64,000 nt of DNA from Escherichia coli (GCF_048403405.1 NZ_CP183129.1); one strand, 5' to 3'. Positions 21,080 to 36,594 are shown, numbered from the stretch's first letter. A program made the numbers and translations. Notes: generated by a model from the letters alone, not told the origin.

Positions 21080-22522
21080 TTACTCTACCGTTAAAATACG
21101 CGTGGTATTAGTAGAACCCACGGTACTCATCACGTCGCCCTGGGTGACAATCACCAGGTCACCAGACATCAAGTAACCTTTATCGCGCAGCAGATTAACC
21201 GCTTCGCTGGCAGCTGCTACGCCGTCATTAGCGCTATCGAAGTGCACCGGCGTAACGCCGCGATAGAGAGCAGTCAGGTTCAGCGTACGTTCATGGCGTG
21301 ACATGGCGAAAATCGGCAGACCAGAGCTGATACGGGAGGTCATCAGCGCGGTACGACCCGATTCGGTCATGGTAATGATCGCCGTAACGCCTTTCAGGTG
21401 GTTAGCTGCGTACATTGCTGACATGGCAATAGCTTCTTCCACATTGTCGAACTGAACGTCCAGACGGTGTTTAGAAACGTTGATGCTCGGGATTTTTTCC
21501 GCACCCAGGCAAACGCGCGCCATGGCTGCAACAGTTTCTGAAGGATACTGACCAGCAGCAGTTTCTGCAGACAGCATCACAGCGTCAGTACCATCCAGAA
21601 CGGCGTTTGCTACGTCCATGACTTCTGCACGCGTCGGCATCGGGTTAGTAATCATTGACTCCATCATCTGGGTCGCAGTGATTACCGCGCGGTTTAGCTG
21701 ACGTGCACGACGGATCAACGCTTTCTGAATGCCGACCAGTTCCGGATCGCCAATTTCCACACCGAGGTCGCCGCGAGCAACCATTACCACGTCAGAGGCG
21801 AGGATGATGTCATCCATTGCATCCTGGCTGCAAACGGCTTCCGCACGTTCAACCTTGGCAACAATTTTCGCATCACATCCTGCATCGCGTGCCAGGCGAC
21901 GGGCATAGTTCAGATCTTCGCCGCAGCGTGGGAAGGATACAGCCAGGTAATCTACGCCAATTAACGCTGCAGTCTTAATGTCTGCTTTGTCTTTTTCGGT
22001 CAGCGCTTCAGCCGACAAACCGCCGCCAAGTTTGTTGATACCTTTATTGTTGGAGAGGGGACCACCGACGGTGACTTCGGTGAACACTTTCATGCCCTGA
22101 ACTTCCAGTACTTTTAACTGGACGCGACCATCGTCCAGCAGCAGGATGTCACCAGGCACGACGTCAGCAGGCAGGCCTTTGTAGTCGATACCGACTTTTT
22201 CTTTGTCGCCTTCACCTTTACCCAGGTTGGCGTCGAGCAGGAATTTATCCCCAATATTGAGGAAAACTTTGCCTTCTTTAAAGGTGGATACACGAATTTT
22301 GGGCCCCTGGAGGTCACCCAGAATAGCCACATGACGCCCCAGTTTTGCGGCAATTTCACGAACTTTATCCGCGCGCATTTTGTGATCTTCAGGCGAGCCG
22401 TGAGAAAAGTTCATACGTACAACGTTGGCACCCGCTGCGATAACTTTTTCAAGATTATTATCGCGATCTGTTGCTGGGCCTAACGTGGTAACGATTTTTG
22501 TTCTGCGAAGCCTTCTGGACAT
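21080..22522 (-). CDS. pykA: Pyruvate kinase II
   Basis: 480 aa from [19 protein letters not shown] (track ORF extends upstream to 22663). Confidence 0.9.
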
Positions 22523-22649
22523 GTAATACTCCGTTGACTGAAACAACCAGGTGTTGCTTGAACATGAAATCCGAATGAAATAACGCCGCGATGGCGATAA
22601 ATTAATCTCATTCGGATGTCGTATAAGATTAGGACAGTGACAGTCGTTT

Positions 22650-23519
22650 TTAGCGATCGTCACTTAAATTAAGTAACTGCTTATCAAAACGCGATTCCTT
22701 CAGCGCTTCCTTGACCCGCTTCAAGTTATCTCTGAATTTTGCACCGCGTCGCAAAGTAAATCCTGTCGCCAGCACATCTATCACGGTCAGCTGCGCAAGT
22801 CGAGAAACCATGGGCATATAAATGTCAGTATCTTCCGGTACGTCGAGGGTAATTGCCAGCGTTGCTTCCCGGGCGAGCGGGGTACCTGCAGAGGTGAGGG
22901 CAATCACCATGGCGTCGTTTTCGCGTGCCAGCTGCGCCAGCTCGACCAGATTTTTTGTTCTTCCAGTGTGAGATATCAGCACCACCACGTCTCCGTCGCT
23001 ACAATTCATACAACTCATGCGTTGCAGCACAATATCATCGGAGTACACCACCGGAACATTAAAACGAAAGAACTTATTCATCGCATCGTGGGCAACGGCG
23101 GCTGAAGAGCCTAATCCGAAAAAGGCGATTTTTTTTGCCTGAGTGAGTAAGTCGACGGCGCGGTTGATGGCAGATTTATCCAATGAATGACGGACATGAT
23201 CGAGCGTTGCCATTGCGGACTCAAATATTTTCCCCGTGTATGATTCAACGCTGTCATCTTCATTGACGTTGCGATTAACATAGGGAGTGCCATTCGCCAG
23301 ACTTTGTGCCAGATGAAGTTTAAAATCAGGAAAACCGCGCGTGTCCATGCTGCGACAGAAACGATTCACCGTCGGTTCGCTAACATTGGCTTCCAGCGCC
23401 AGAGCAGCAATACTCGAATGGATCGCGTTATCGGGCGAAGCCAGAATGACCTCGGCAACTTTGCGCTCTGATTTGCTCAAATGTTCCAGCTGAGACTGGA
23501 TTTTTTCCAGCATATTCAT
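22650..23519 (-). CDS. hexR: RpiR/HexR-family regulator (HTH + SIS domain)
   Basis: 289 aa; divergent from zwf. Confidence 0.9.
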
Positions 23520-23856
23520 GATGTAAAGAGACTCACGGGTAATGACGATTTCCGCACTGAAAGAAATCGAAATGCAGTTTTGTCAGATATTACGCCTGTG
23601 TGCTGTGTTAATGACAAAAGCAGATAAAAAAGTTGTTATTTTTTTTCATAACATGATCAGTGTCAGATTTTTACCCAATGGAAAACGATGATTTTTTTAT
23701 CAGTTTTGCCGCACTTTGCGCGCTTTTACCGTAATCGCACGGGTGGATAAGCGTTTACAGTTTTCGCAAGCTCGTAAAAGCAGTACAGTGCACCGTAAGA
23801 AAATTACAAGTATACCCTGGCTTAAGTACCGGGATAGTTAACTTAAGGAGAATGAC

Positions 23857-25332
23857 ATGGCGGTAACGCAAACAGCCCAGGCCTGTGACCTGGTCATTTT
23901 CGGCGCGAAAGGCGACCTTGCGCGTCGTAAATTGCTGCCTTCCCTGTATCAACTGGAAAAAGCCGGTCAGCTCAACCCGGACACCCGGATTATCGGCGTA
24001 GGGCGTGCTGACTGGGATAAAGCGGCTTATACCAAAGTTGTCCGCGAGGCGCTCGAAACTTTCATGAAAGAAACCATTGATGAAGGTTTATGGGACACCC
24101 TGAGTGCACGTCTGGATTTTTGTAATCTCGATGTCAATGACACTGCTGCATTCAGCCGTCTCGGCGCGATGCTGGATCAAAAAAATCGTATCACCATTAA
24201 CTACTTTGCCATGCCGCCCAGCACTTTTGGCGCAATTTGCAAAGGGCTTGGCGAGGCAAAACTGAATGCTAAACCGGCACGCGTAGTCATGGAGAAACCG
24301 CTGGGGACGTCGCTGGCGACCTCGCAGGAAATCAATGATCAGGTTGGCGAATACTTCGAGGAGTGCCAGGTTTACCGTATCGACCACTATCTTGGTAAAG
24401 AAACGGTGCTGAACCTGTTGGCGCTGCGTTTTGCTAACTCCCTGTTTGTGAATAACTGGGACAATCGCACCATTGATCATGTTGAGATTACCGTGGCAGA
24501 AGAAGTGGGGATCGAAGGGCGCTGGGGCTATTTTGATAAAGCCGGTCAGATGCGCGACATGATCCAGAACCACCTGCTGCAAATTCTTTGCATGATTGCG
24601 ATGTCTCCGCCGTCTGACCTGAGTGCAGACAGCATCCGCGATGAAAAAGTGAAAGTACTGAAGTCTCTGCGCCGCATTGACCGCTCCAACGTGCGCGAAA
24701 AAACCGTACGCGGGCAATATACTGCGGGCTTCGCCCAGGGCAAAAAAGTGCCGGGATATCTGGAAGAAGAGGGCGCGAACAAGAGCAGCAATACAGAAAC
24801 CTTCGTGGCGATCCGCGTCGACATTGATAACTGGCGCTGGGCCGGTGTGCCATTCTACCTGCGTACTGGTAAACGTCTGCCGACCAAATGTTCTGAAGTC
24901 GTGGTCTATTTCAAAACACCTGAACTGAATCTGTTTAAAGAGTCGTGGCAGGATCTGCCGCAGAATAAACTGACTATCCGTCTGCAACCTGATGAAGGCG
25001 TGGATATCCAGGTACTGAATAAAGTTCCTGGCCTTGACCATAAACATAACCTGCAAATCACCAAGCTGGATCTGAGCTATTCAGAAACCTTTAATCAAAC
25101 GCATCTGGCAGATGCCTATGAACGTCTGCTGCTGGAAACCATGCGTGGTATTCAGGCACTGTTCGTACGTCGCGATGAAGTGGAAGAAGCCTGGAAATGG
25201 GTAGACTCCATTACTGAGGCGTGGGCGATGGACAATGATGCGCCGAAACCGTATCAGGCCGGAACCTGGGGACCTGTTGCCTCAGTGGCGATGATTACCC
25301 GTGATGGTCGTTCCTGGAATGAGTTTGAGTAA
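23857..25332 (+). CDS. zwf: Glucose-6-phosphate 1-dehydrogenase
   Basis: 491 aa; [16 protein letters not shown] and RIDHYLGKE motifs. Confidence 0.95.
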   Translation: MAVTQTAQACDLVIFGAKGDLARRKLLPSLYQLEKAGQLNPDTRIIGVGRADWDKAAYTKVVREALETFMKETIDEGLWDTLSARLDFCNLDVNDTAAFSRLGAMLDQKNRITINYFAMPPSTFGAICKGLGEAKLNAKPARVVMEKPLGTSLATSQEINDQVGEYFEECQVYRIDHYLGKETVLNLLALRFANSLFVNNWDNRTIDHVEITVAEEVGIEGRWGYFDKAGQMRDMIQNHLLQILCMIAMSPPSDLSADSIRDEKVKVLKSLRRIDRSNVREKTVRGQYTAGFAQGKKVPGYLEEEGANKSSNTETFVAIRVDIDNWRWAGVPFYLRTGKRLPTKCSEVVVYFKTPELNLFKESWQDLPQNKLTIRLQPDEGVDIQVLNKVPGLDHKHNLQITKLDLSYSETFNQTHLADAYERLLLETMRGIQALFVRRDEVEEAWKWVDSITEAWAMDNDAPKPYQAGTWGPVASVAMITRDGRSWNEFE

Positions 25333-25411
25333 TATCTGCGCTCATCCTTTATGGTTATTTTACCGGTAACATGATCTTGCACAGATTGTAGAACAATTTT
25401 TACACTTTCAG

Positions 25412-25446
25412 GCCTCGTGCGGATTCACCCACGAGGCTTTTTTTAT
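25412..25446 (+). terminator. Intrinsic terminator downstream of zwf
   Basis: GCCTCGTG-N11-CACGAGGC followed by a T-run. Confidence 0.6.
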
Positions 25447-25566
25447 TACACTGACTGAAACGTTTTTGCCCTATGAGCTCCGGTTACAGGCGTTTCAGTC
25501 ATAAATCCTCTGAATGAAACGCGTTGTGAATCATCCTGCTCTGACAACTCAATTTCAGGAGCCTTT

Positions 25567-27378
25567 ATGAACCCACAATTGTTACGCGTAACAAATCGAA
25601 TCATTGAACGTTCGCGCGAGACTCGCTCTGCTTATCTCGCCCGGATAGAACAAGCGAAAACTTCGACCGTTCATCGTTCGCAGTTGGCATGCGGTAACCT
25701 GGCACACGGTTTCGCTGCCTGCCAGCCAGAAGACAAAGCCTCATTGAAAAGCATGTTGCGTAACAATATCGCCATCATCACCTCCTATAACGACATGCTC
25801 TCCGCTCACCAGCCTTATGAACACTATCCAGAAATCATTCGTAAAGCCCTGCATGAAGCAAATGCGGTTGGTCAGGTTGCAGGCGGTGTTCCGGCGATGT
25901 GTGATGGTGTCACCCAGGGGCAGGATGGAATGGAATTGTCGCTGTTAAGCCGCGAAGTGATTGCGATGTCTGCGGCGGTGGGGCTGTCCCATAACATGTT
26001 TGATGGTGCTCTGTTCCTCGGTGTGTGCGACAAGATTGTCCCGGGTCTGACGATGGCAGCCCTGTCGTTTGGGCATTTGCCTGCGGTGTTTGTGCCGTCT
26101 GGACCGATGGCAAGCGGTTTGCCAAATAAAGAAAAAGTGCGTATTCGCCAGCTTTATGCCGAAGGTAAAGTGGACCGCATGGCATTACTGGAGTCAGAAG
26201 CCGCGTCTTATCATGCGCCGGGAACATGTACTTTCTACGGTACTGCCAACACCAACCAGATGGTGGTGGAGTTTATGGGGATGCAGTTGCCAGGCTCTTC
26301 TTTTGTTCATCCGGATTCTCCACTGCGCGATGCTTTGACCGCAGCCGCTGCGCGCCAGGTTACACGCATGACCGGTAATGGTAATGAATGGATGCCGATC
26401 GGTAAGATGATCGATGAGAAAGTGGTGGTGAACGGTATCGTTGCACTGCTGGCGACCGGTGGTTCCACTAACCACACCATGCACCTGGTGGCGATGGCTC
26501 GCGCGGCCGGTATTCAGATTAACTGGGATGACTTCTCTGACCTTTCTGATGTTGTACCGCTGATGGCACGTCTCTACCCGAACGGTCCGGCCGATATTAA
26601 CCACTTCCAGGCGGCAGGTGGCGTACCGGTTCTGGTGCGTGAACTGCTCAAAGCAGGCCTGCTGCATGAAGATGTCAATACGGTGGCTGGTTTTGGTCTG
26701 TCTCGTTATACCCTTGAACCATGGCTGAATAATGGTGAACTGGACTGGCGGGAAGGGGCGGAAAAATCACTCGACAGCAATGTGATCGCTTCCTTCGAAC
26801 AACCTTTCTCTCATCATGGTGGGACAAAAGTGTTAAGCGGTAACCTGGGCCGTGCGGTTATGAAAACCTCTGCCGTGCCGGTTGAGAACCAGGTGATTGA
26901 AGCGCCTGCGGTTGTTTTTGAAAGCCAGCATGACGTTATGCCGGCCTTTGAAGCGGGTTTGCTGGACCGCGATTGTGTCGTTGTTGTCCGTCATCAGGGG
27001 CCAAAAGCGAACGGAATGCCAGAATTACATAAACTCATGCCGCCACTTGGTGTATTATTGGACCGGTGTTTCAAAATTGCGTTAGTTACTGATGGACGAC
27101 TCTCCGGCGCTTCAGGTAAAGTGCCGTCAGCTATCCACGTAACACCAGAAGCCTACGATGGCGGGCTGCTGGCAAAAGTGCGCGACGGGGACATCATTCG
27201 TGTGAATGGACAGACAGGCGAACTGACGCTGCTGGTAGACGAAGCGGAACTGGCTGCTCGCGAACCGCACATTCCTGACCTGAGCGCGTCACGCGTGGGA
27301 ACAGGACGTGAATTATTCAGCGCCTTGCGTGAAAAACTGTCCGGTGCCGAACAGGGCGCAACCTGTATCACTTTTTAA
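25567..27378 (+). CDS. edd: Phosphogluconate dehydratase
   Basis: 603 aa; IlvD/Edd family. Confidence 0.95.
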   Translation: MNPQLLRVTNRIIERSRETRSAYLARIEQAKTSTVHRSQLACGNLAHGFAACQPEDKASLKSMLRNNIAIITSYNDMLSAHQPYEHYPEIIRKALHEANAVGQVAGGVPAMCDGVTQGQDGMELSLLSREVIAMSAAVGLSHNMFDGALFLGVCDKIVPGLTMAALSFGHLPAVFVPSGPMASGLPNKEKVRIRQLYAEGKVDRMALLESEAASYHAPGTCTFYGTANTNQMVVEFMGMQLPGSSFVHPDSPLRDALTAAAARQVTRMTGNGNEWMPIGKMIDEKVVVNGIVALLATGGSTNHTMHLVAMARAAGIQINWDDFSDLSDVVPLMARLYPNGPADINHFQAAGGVPVLVRELLKAGLLHEDVNTVAGFGLSRYTLEPWLNNGELDWREGAEKSLDSNVIASFEQPFSHHGGTKVLSGNLGRAVMKTSAVPVENQVIEAPAVVFESQHDVMPAFEAGLLDRDCVVVVRHQGPKANGMPELHKLMPPLGVLLDRCFKIALVTDGRLSGASGKVPSAIHVTPEAYDGGLLAKVRDGDIIRVNGQTGELTLLVDEAELAAREPHIPDLSASRVGTGRELFSALREKLSGAEQGATCITF

Positions 27379-27414
27379 GACGACAAATTTGTAATCAGGC
27401 GAGAGAAAACTCTG

Positions 27415-28056
27415 ATGAAAAACTGGAAAACAAGTGCAGAATCAATCCTGACCACCGGCCCGGTTGTACCGGTTATCGTGGTAAAAAAACTGGAACACGC
27501 GGTGCCGATGGCAAAAGCGTTGGTTGCTGGTGGGGTGCGCGTTCTGGAAGTGACTCTGCGTACCGAGTGTGCAGTTGACGCTATCCGTGCTATCGCCAAA
27601 GAAGTGCCTGAAGCGATTGTGGGTGCCGGTACGGTGCTGAATCCACAGCAGCTGGCAGAAGTCACCGAAGCGGGTGCACAGTTCGCAATTAGCCCGGGGC
27701 TGACCGAGCCGCTGCTGAAGGCTGCTACCGAAGGGACTATTCCTCTGATTCCGGGGATCAGCACTGTTTCCGAACTGATGCTGGGTATGGACTACGGTTT
27801 GAAAGAGTTCAAATTCTTCCCGGCTGAAGCTAACGGCGGCGTGAAAGCCCTGCAGGCGATCGCGGGTCCGTTCTCCCAGGTCCGTTTCTGCCCGACGGGT
27901 GGTATTTCTCCGGCTAACTACCGTGACTACCTGGCGCTGAAAAGCGTGCTGTGCATCGGTGGCTCCTGGCTGGTTCCGGCAGATGCGCTGGAAGCGGGCG
28001 ATTACGACCGCATTACTAAGCTGGCGCGTGAAGCTGTAGAAGGCGCTAAGCTGTAA
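27415..28056 (+). CDS. eda: KDPG/KHG aldolase
   Basis: 213 aa; [23 protein letters not shown]. Confidence 0.95.
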
Positions 28057-28060
28057 AAGT

Positions 28061-28090
28061 CAAAATGCCCGATCCTCGATCGGGCATTTT
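28061..28090. terminator. Bidirectional terminator between convergent eda and purT
   Basis: ATGCCCGATC-N3-GATCGGGCAT flanked by A-run and T-run. Confidence 0.65.
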
Positions 28091-28110
28091 GGTAGCGTTT
28101 TTCGCCGGGG

Positions 28111-29289
28111 TTAAGCTTGTACTTTTATCTGTGCTGCGGCGTGCTTTGCGCGATCAATCGCTTCATCAACACTCTCTGCAGTAGCCAGTGCCACCCCCAG
28201 ACGACGGCTGCCATCAATTTCCGGCTTACCAAATAAACGAATCTGCAAACCTGCGCCTACGGCATTCTGCACATTATCAAACGTGACATTCTCACTGGTC
28301 AGTTGTGGCAGGATAACGGCAGAAGCTGCAGGACCATACTGACGGATCCCGCCAACCGGAAGTCCGAGAAAGGCTCGCACATGCAGGGCAAACTCCGAGA
28401 GATCCTGAGAAATTAACGTCACCATCCCGGTATCATGTGGGCGAGGGGAGACCTCACTGAAAATCACCTCATCACCACAGACAAACAGCTCGACACCAAA
28501 CAGACCATAACCGCCCAGTGCCAGCACCACTTTACGGGCAATCTCCTGCGCACGTTCAAGGGCAAGCGGGCTCATTTGTTGTGGTTGCCAGGATTCACGA
28601 TAGTCGCCATTTTCCTGGCGATGACCTACCGGTGCACAGAAATGGACTCCATCCACCGCGCTGACGGTTAGCAGGGTAATTTCGAAGTCAAACTTAACGA
28701 CGCCTTCAACAATTACGCGGCCCGCTCCGGCGCGACCGCCTTGCTGAGCGTACTCCCATGCTTGAGCAAGTTGCTCTGCAGAACGAATAAACGTCTGCCC
28801 TTTACCGGAAGAGCTCATCACCGGTTTAACAATGCAGGGATAGCCGATGTCAGCAACCGCCTCGCGGAAAAGGCTTTCGCTATCGGCAAAACGATAAGTG
28901 GAAGTGGGCAGCTGCAGCTCTTCTGCCGCCAGGCGACGGATACCCTCGCGATTCATCGTTAATTTCGTTGCGCGAGCGCAGGGGACAACATTCAGCCCTT
29001 CCTCTTCAAGTTGGATCAGCATATCGGTGGCAATAGCTTCGATCTCCGGCACGATATAATGTGGTTTTTCCAGTTCAACCACACGGCGTAATGCATCACC
29101 ATCAAGCATATTAATGACATGGGAGCGATGCGCGACATGCATGGCTGGCGCGTCGGCATAGCGATCGACGGCAATCACCTCTACGCCGAGACGCTGACAC
29201 TCGATTGCCACTTCTTTACCCAGTTCACCGGAGCCTAATAACATCACGCGAGTTGCTGCCGGACGCAGCGCAGTGCCTAATAACGTCAT
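28111..29289 (-). CDS. purT: Formate-dependent GAR transformylase
   Basis: 392 aa; ATP-grasp. Confidence 0.95.
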   Translation of the reverse strand: MTLLGTALRPAATRVMLLGSGELGKEVAIECQRLGVEVIAVDRYADAPAMHVAHRSHVINMLDGDALRRVVELEKPHYIVPEIEAIATDMLIQLEEEGLNVVPCARATKLTMNREGIRRLAAEELQLPTSTYRFADSESLFREAVADIGYPCIVKPVMSSSGKGQTFIRSAEQLAQAWEYAQQGGRAGAGRVIVEGVVKFDFEITLLTVSAVDGVHFCAPVGHRQENGDYRESWQPQQMSPLALERAQEIARKVVLALGGYGLFGVELFVCGDEVIFSEVSPRPHDTGMVTLISQDLSEFALHVRAFLGLPVGGIRQYGPAASAVILPQLTSENVTFDNVQNAVGAGLQIRLFGKPEIDGSRRLGVALATAESVDEAIDRAKHAAAQIKVQA

Positions 29290-29326
29290 AACGAATATCC
29301 CCTGATTAATTCCGCGCGCAGTATAA

Positions 29327-29342
29327 ACGAAAACGTTTGCGT
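29327..29342. promoter_or_regulatory. PurR box ahead of purT
   Basis: Near-palindrome ACGAAAACGTTTGCGT. Confidence 0.55.
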
Positions 29343-29387
29343 GTGTCTTTATTGTTGATGTTGATTTCCCAACCGAGAAGAAATATA

Positions 29388-29403
29388 CTGTATAAAATCA
29401 CAG
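29388..29403 (+). promoter_or_regulatory. LexA box of yebG
   Basis: CTGT-ataaaatc-ACAG ~20 bp upstream of yebG. Confidence 0.75.
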
Positions 29404-29422
29404 TTATTATGAGAGGCTGCAA

Positions 29423-29713
29423 ATGGCGGTTGAAGTTAAATACGTAGTCATTCGTGAGGGCGAAGAGAAAATGTCGTTTACCAGCAAAAAGGAAGCCGAT
29501 GCTTATGACAAAATGCTTGATACGGCGGATCTGCTTGACACCTGGCTGACAAATTCTCCAGTGCAAATGGAAGACGAGCAACGTGAAGCCCTTTCGCTAT
29601 GGCTGGCAGAACAAAAAGATGTGCTGAGCACCATTCTGAAAACCGGCAAATTACCGTCCCCACAGGTCGTCGGTGCTGAATCCGAAGAGGAAGATGCCTC
29701 ACACGCGGCCTGA
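29423..29713 (+). CDS. yebG: DNA-damage-inducible protein YebG
   Basis: 96 aa; MAVEVKYVVIREGEEKMSFTSKKEADAYDKMLD. Confidence 0.9.
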   Translation: MAVEVKYVVIREGEEKMSFTSKKEADAYDKMLDTADLLDTWLTNSPVQMEDEQREALSLWLAEQKDVLSTILKTGKLPSPQVVGAESEEEDASHAA

Positions 29714-29731
29714 AGCAACTTGCGCTCCTGA

Positions 29732-30136
<405 letters not shown>

Positions 30137-30462
30137 TGGCCTCTGATAATTCGATTGACCGTCGGCGGATGCGGCGCGAATGCCTTGTCCGCCCCACAAC
30201 GCACCACAATCGTAGGCCTGAGAAGACGCAACAGCGTCGCATCGGGCAATCAGCGTCAAACAGTGCCACTCAAAACGTCAAACTACTTTCACCTAAAATA
30301 CCCTTATCACCTGATATACAGTAAACACCTTACCTGGCGCGAATTTCTTTGAATAACGGTCTACCGCCCCGCTTATTTTCGCATCTTTTGTCTCGATATA
30401 CATTTTCTGACATCCTCATCCGCTATGCTACAGGCACTAAAAATGGTTATTGAGGAGCAAAT

Positions 30463-31122
30463 ATGGCTAACTGGTTAAATCAACTGCAATCCCTGCTTGG
30501 GCAAAGCAGTTCTTCTGCCTCCTCGTCTGCGGATCAGGGATTGGGCAAACTTTTAGTGCCAGGCGCATTAGGCGGACTGGCTGGGCTGCTGGTCGCAAAT
30601 AAATCAGCACGTAAACTTCTTACGAAATATGGCACCAACGCGTTACTGGTTGGCGGCGGAGCGGTAGCGGGTACGGTGCTGTGGAATAAATACAAAGATA
30701 AAATTCGCGCGGCGCATCAGGACGAACCGCAGTTTGGCGCGCAAAGTACGCCGCTGGATGAGCGTACGGAACGTTTGATCCTTGCGCTGGTCTTTGCCGC
30801 TAAAAGTGATGGTCATATTGATGCCAAAGAACGTGCGGCAATCGATCAGCAATTGCGTGAAGCCGGTGTGGAAGAACAGGGGCGTGTACTCATTGAGCAG
30901 GCAATCGAACAACCGCTGGATCCACAACGCCTGGCTACCGGGATCCGCAATGAAGAAGAGGCGCTGGAAATCTATTTCCTGAGCTGCGCGGCTATTGATA
31001 TTGACCATTTTATGGAACGCAGTTACCTGAATGCACTGGGTGACGCGCTGAAAATCCCCCAGGATGTTCGTGACGGCATTGAACGCGATCTCGAACAGCA
31101 AAAACGTACTTTGGCGGAATAA
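30463..31122 (+). CDS. yebE: Inner-membrane protein YebE (DUF533)
   Basis: 219 aa; position and K-12 synteny. Confidence 0.85.
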   Translation: MANWLNQLQSLLGQSSSSASSSADQGLGKLLVPGALGGLAGLLVANKSARKLLTKYGTNALLVGGGAVAGTVLWNKYKDKIRAAHQDEPQFGAQSTPLDERTERLILALVFAAKSDGHIDAKERAAIDQQLREAGVEEQGRVLIEQAIEQPLDPQRLATGIRNEEEALEIYFLSCAAIDIDHFMERSYLNALGDALKIPQDVRDGIERDLEQQKRTLAE

Positions 31123-31214
31123 TTCCGCTCTCAGGATAGCCTGAAGTTGACTATTTCGGGCTATCCAGAACCGCACAGCCATTTGAACAGGCTGATTTTC
31201 TCTGTCTGCATAAC

Positions 31215-31400
31215 ATTCGATATCCGCGCCATTACCTGTCATCATGTGACTGCTCCCCGCCCTGTCGGGCGAGGCTTCCCACTTCTTAAGCCGCAACCGT
31301 CTGTGTGACGGATTTACGCTGGCCTCCATGGGCAGAAACGACGAGTCCCGCCGCTTGTAATTCCAGTATGCCCTTGCGTTTGATGTTGAGCGCCGCGTTG
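31215..31400 (-). ncRNA. Candidate TnpB-associated omega/right-end RNA (inferred, boundaries unknown)
   Basis: By analogy with characterised TnpB systems the guide RNA overlaps the tnpB 3' end and the right-end hairpin; not directly recognisable from sequence. Confidence 0.3.
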
Positions 31401-32455
31401 ATATCGCGGTCATGTTCAACTCCACACTCTGGACACTGCCAGATGCGCTTATGTAATGGCATCTCCGACATTTTGTGACCGCAGCAGTGGCAGGTCTTCG
31501 AACTGGCGAACCATTGATCCAGTTTCACCAGATGCACACCTTTCTCTGTTGCTTTGTATTCCAGTTTTGTGATGAATCCAGACCATCCAGCATCGCCTAT
31601 CGCACGAGCCAGATGGTGATTTTTCATCATATTTGCCGTTTTCAATGTCTCGACAATTACCGCTTGGTTTTCGTCAACAATTGCGCGAGATAACTTGTGC
31701 TGGAAATCGGCACGGGCACTGGCTACCCGTTCGTGAACGGCTGCAAGTTGTATTCTGGCTTTGCGCCTGTTTGCGCTCCCTTTTTTCTTACGGGACAGTG
31801 CTTTCTGCTTCCGGCGCAGGTTGCGACTTGCATTGATTAGGTGGCGGGGACTGGCAATTTTATTGCCGTCCGATTTGATGACAAAATGCGCCAGCCCCAT
31901 ATCCAGCCCTGTCACATTTGATATCAGTGCGGGCTTTGCCGGCGCTTCCATCCCGTCGTCACAGAGTAACGACGCGTAGTATTTCCCGGTTGCGCTGCGG
32001 CTCAACGTGATACTTTTCAGCATTCCCGTAATTTCACGATGTAAACGCGCTTCAATCGGCAAGATTTTCGGTATTTTTATCGCACCATCAAGGACTTTTA
32101 TGCCAACACAATGATAGCTCGATTGTCTGCCGTGTTTACTTTTAAAGGTTGGTTTACCTGCTTTCAGTTTCGGATTGAAAAAGTTAGAAAAAGCCACGTC
32201 GAGGTTAATTACCGCCTGCTGCAACGCAATAGAATCATATTCTTTAAGCCATCCATACCGGCGGGATTTCTTCGCCACTGCAAGCAGTGGTTTGAGGTCT
32301 TTACGCGGGTTTAAATTTACGCGGTGCCGCTGGTAAGAATGTTTCTTGATATGCAGAGCTTTGTTGTACGCAAAACGCACTGCACCGAACTGGGCGTTGA
32401 TAAATTCAGCCTGTTCTGGTGTCGGGTAGATGCGTACTTTTGTTGCTCTTAACAT
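31286..32455 (-). CDS. tnpB: TnpB (OrfB) RNA-guided endonuclease-family protein
   Basis: 389 aa; MLRATKVRIYPTPEQAEFIN N-terminus; C-terminal zinc ribbon CHCCGH...CPECG and RuvC-III-like DRDINAALNI. Confidence 0.9.
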   Translation of the reverse strand: MLRATKVRIYPTPEQAEFINAQFGAVRFAYNKALHIKKHSYQRHRVNLNPRKDLKPLLAVAKKSRRYGWLKEYDSIALQQAVINLDVAFSNFFNPKLKAGKPTFKSKHGRQSSYHCVGIKVLDGAIKIPKILPIEARLHREITGMLKSITLSRSATGKYYASLLCDDGMEAPAKPALISNVTGLDMGLAHFVIKSDGNKIASPRHLINASRNLRRKQKALSRKKKGSANRRKARIQLAAVHERVASARADFQHKLSRAIVDENQAVIVETLKTANMMKNHHLARAIGDAGWSGFITKLEYKATEKGVHLVKLDQWFASSKTCHCCGHKMSEMPLHKRIWQCPECGVEHDRDINAALNIKRKGILELQAAGLVVSAHGGQRKSVTQTVAA

Positions 32456-32511
32456 AATCAGCGCTCATTGATATAATGCTTTTATTTTAACACTTTAGGT
32501 AAATATATCAA

Positions 32512-32937
32512 TTGAGTAATCATGATGATTTACTGGCGGGATTCCTCCGCAAACGACACAGTGTCAGTAAGCTGGTTGTGCACCTTATTTTTACGACAAA
32601 GTATCGACGTAAACTATTCGACAGTCAGATGATCGCTCAGTTGCGTGAGGCTTTTGGCTCCGCTGCGGCAAAGCTTGAATGCGAAATTATTGAGATGGAC
32701 GGGGAGCCAGACCATGTACACCTGCTGGTTGCCTACCCGCCAAAACTGGCGGTCAGTGTGATGGTCAATAATTTAAAATCGGTATCATCACGTTTGCTAC
32801 GCCAGCAGAACGCGCATTTACGTATGCAGAGTAAAACGGGGCTTTTGTGGTCGAGATCGTACTTTGTCTGTAGCACCGGAGAGGCAACGATTGAAACGCT
32901 CAGAGCCTACGTTCAGAGTCAGTCAACACCTGATTGA
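32512..32937 (+). CDS. tnpA: IS200/IS605-family transposase TnpA (HUH/Y1)
   Basis: HUH motif HVHLLVAYPPK and conserved TKYRR; first in-frame start is TTG at 32512, so the start is uncertain. Confidence 0.8.
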   Translation: MSNHDDLLAGFLRKRHSVSKLVVHLIFTTKYRRKLFDSQMIAQLREAFGSAAAKLECEIIEMDGEPDHVHLLVAYPPKLAVSVMVNNLKSVSSRLLRQQNAHLRMQSKTGLLWSRSYFVCSTGEATIETLRAYVQSQSTPD

Positions 32938-33066
32938 TCTTTAAAGCCCTGCGGGCTTTTCGCCTTATATCCCCGCCCGCATTGGGCGAGGGTTTACGGC
33001 GTTTTTCGCTAAGCAATGACTACCCTGTTTCGCTTGCATCTCCGGTGAGTTTTGCCACCCTTATAA

Positions 33067-35813
<2,747 letters not shown>

Positions 35814-35836
35814 GGCATGCTCCAGGCCGAAAAAGC

Positions 35837-36493
35837 CTAGCGTAATGGAATGATATCGCCTTGCCAACCCTGTGATGAACGCTGACCGACTAACAATAAT
35901 GAACCACGATCGGCGCGAACGATGAGACGACCATGTTCATCCCATAGTGCACTGTTACCACGGGCATTTGCCATCAGCACGGCAATTGAGTACTGATGTG
36001 AAAAAAATTGTAAGCGGCGGGTAGATGCCAGTAGGTCGGGTTCCCCCAGACATTGCCCTGTCGTAAACAGTGAACAGGTCGGATCCATATCCATACCTTC
36101 CGGTTGTTCATCGACCACCGTGATGGTTCTGGAACGACGGCCCAGACATGCACCATGACTCTGATGGTAGATCCCTGGTGTTTTTCGCCACGGTGCGAAC
36201 ACCGCAATTCCACGAATAAAGCGATCGTTATATTCAACGGGAAGGCCGGCAATGATGGTCATTCGCCAGGTCGTTGCAGCATAACAAAGCGGGTCTAACA
36301 GCGAGAGATCGGGTGGGGCAGGAAGGGCACGTCGCGAATAATCACACCCCAGTAAAGAAAGCGATGGAAAAACTAACAGCTGACATTGTTGCCTGGCGGC
36401 GGCCCTCACAAACTCCAGATGATGAGCTACCTGTTCGGTCAGTGAGGTTTTACGAGGCTCATATTGCGCTGCTGCAACTTTCCAGAACGACAT
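35837..36493 (-). CDS. yobB: C-N hydrolase (nitrilase superfamily) YobB
   Basis: 218 aa; K-12 synteny. Confidence 0.8.
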   Translation of the reverse strand: MSFWKVAAAQYEPRKTSLTEQVAHHLEFVRAAARQQCQLLVFPSLSLLGCDYSRRALPAPPDLSLLDPLCYAATTWRMTIIAGLPVEYNDRFIRGIAVFAPWRKTPGIYHQSHGACLGRRSRTITVVDEQPEGMDMDPTCSLFTTGQCLGEPDLLASTRRLQFFSHQYSIAVLMANARGNSALWDEHGRLIVRADRGSLLLVGQRSSQGWQGDIIPLR

Positions 36494-36594
36494 AATGACT
36501 TCCTTTTCAAAATGACTGCAAATTATGGGTGCGGTTTAGAAAATACTCATAATTTAGCAGGCGTTATGTAAGAAAGTGTAACTCTGTATAAGTT

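Larger units (their letters stand above)
31230..33010 (-). mobile_element. IS200/IS605-family insertion sequence, IS605-type (divergent tnpA and tnpB); ends approximate
   Basis: TnpB + Y1 TnpA; similar subterminal hairpins in direct orientation at both ends (CCCCGCCC-N4/5-GGGCGAGG at ~31243..31266 and ~32973..32997). Confidence 0.7.

Noticed and set aside
24088-25056. 322-aa minus-strand ORF antisense to zwf
   Set aside because: Embedded in zwf; no start context or recognisable domains.
30643-31425. 260-aa minus-strand ORF spanning the yebE 3' region and the IS end
   Set aside because: Overlaps yebE in antisense and crosses the IS right end into the tnpB 3' region in another frame; chimeric artefact.
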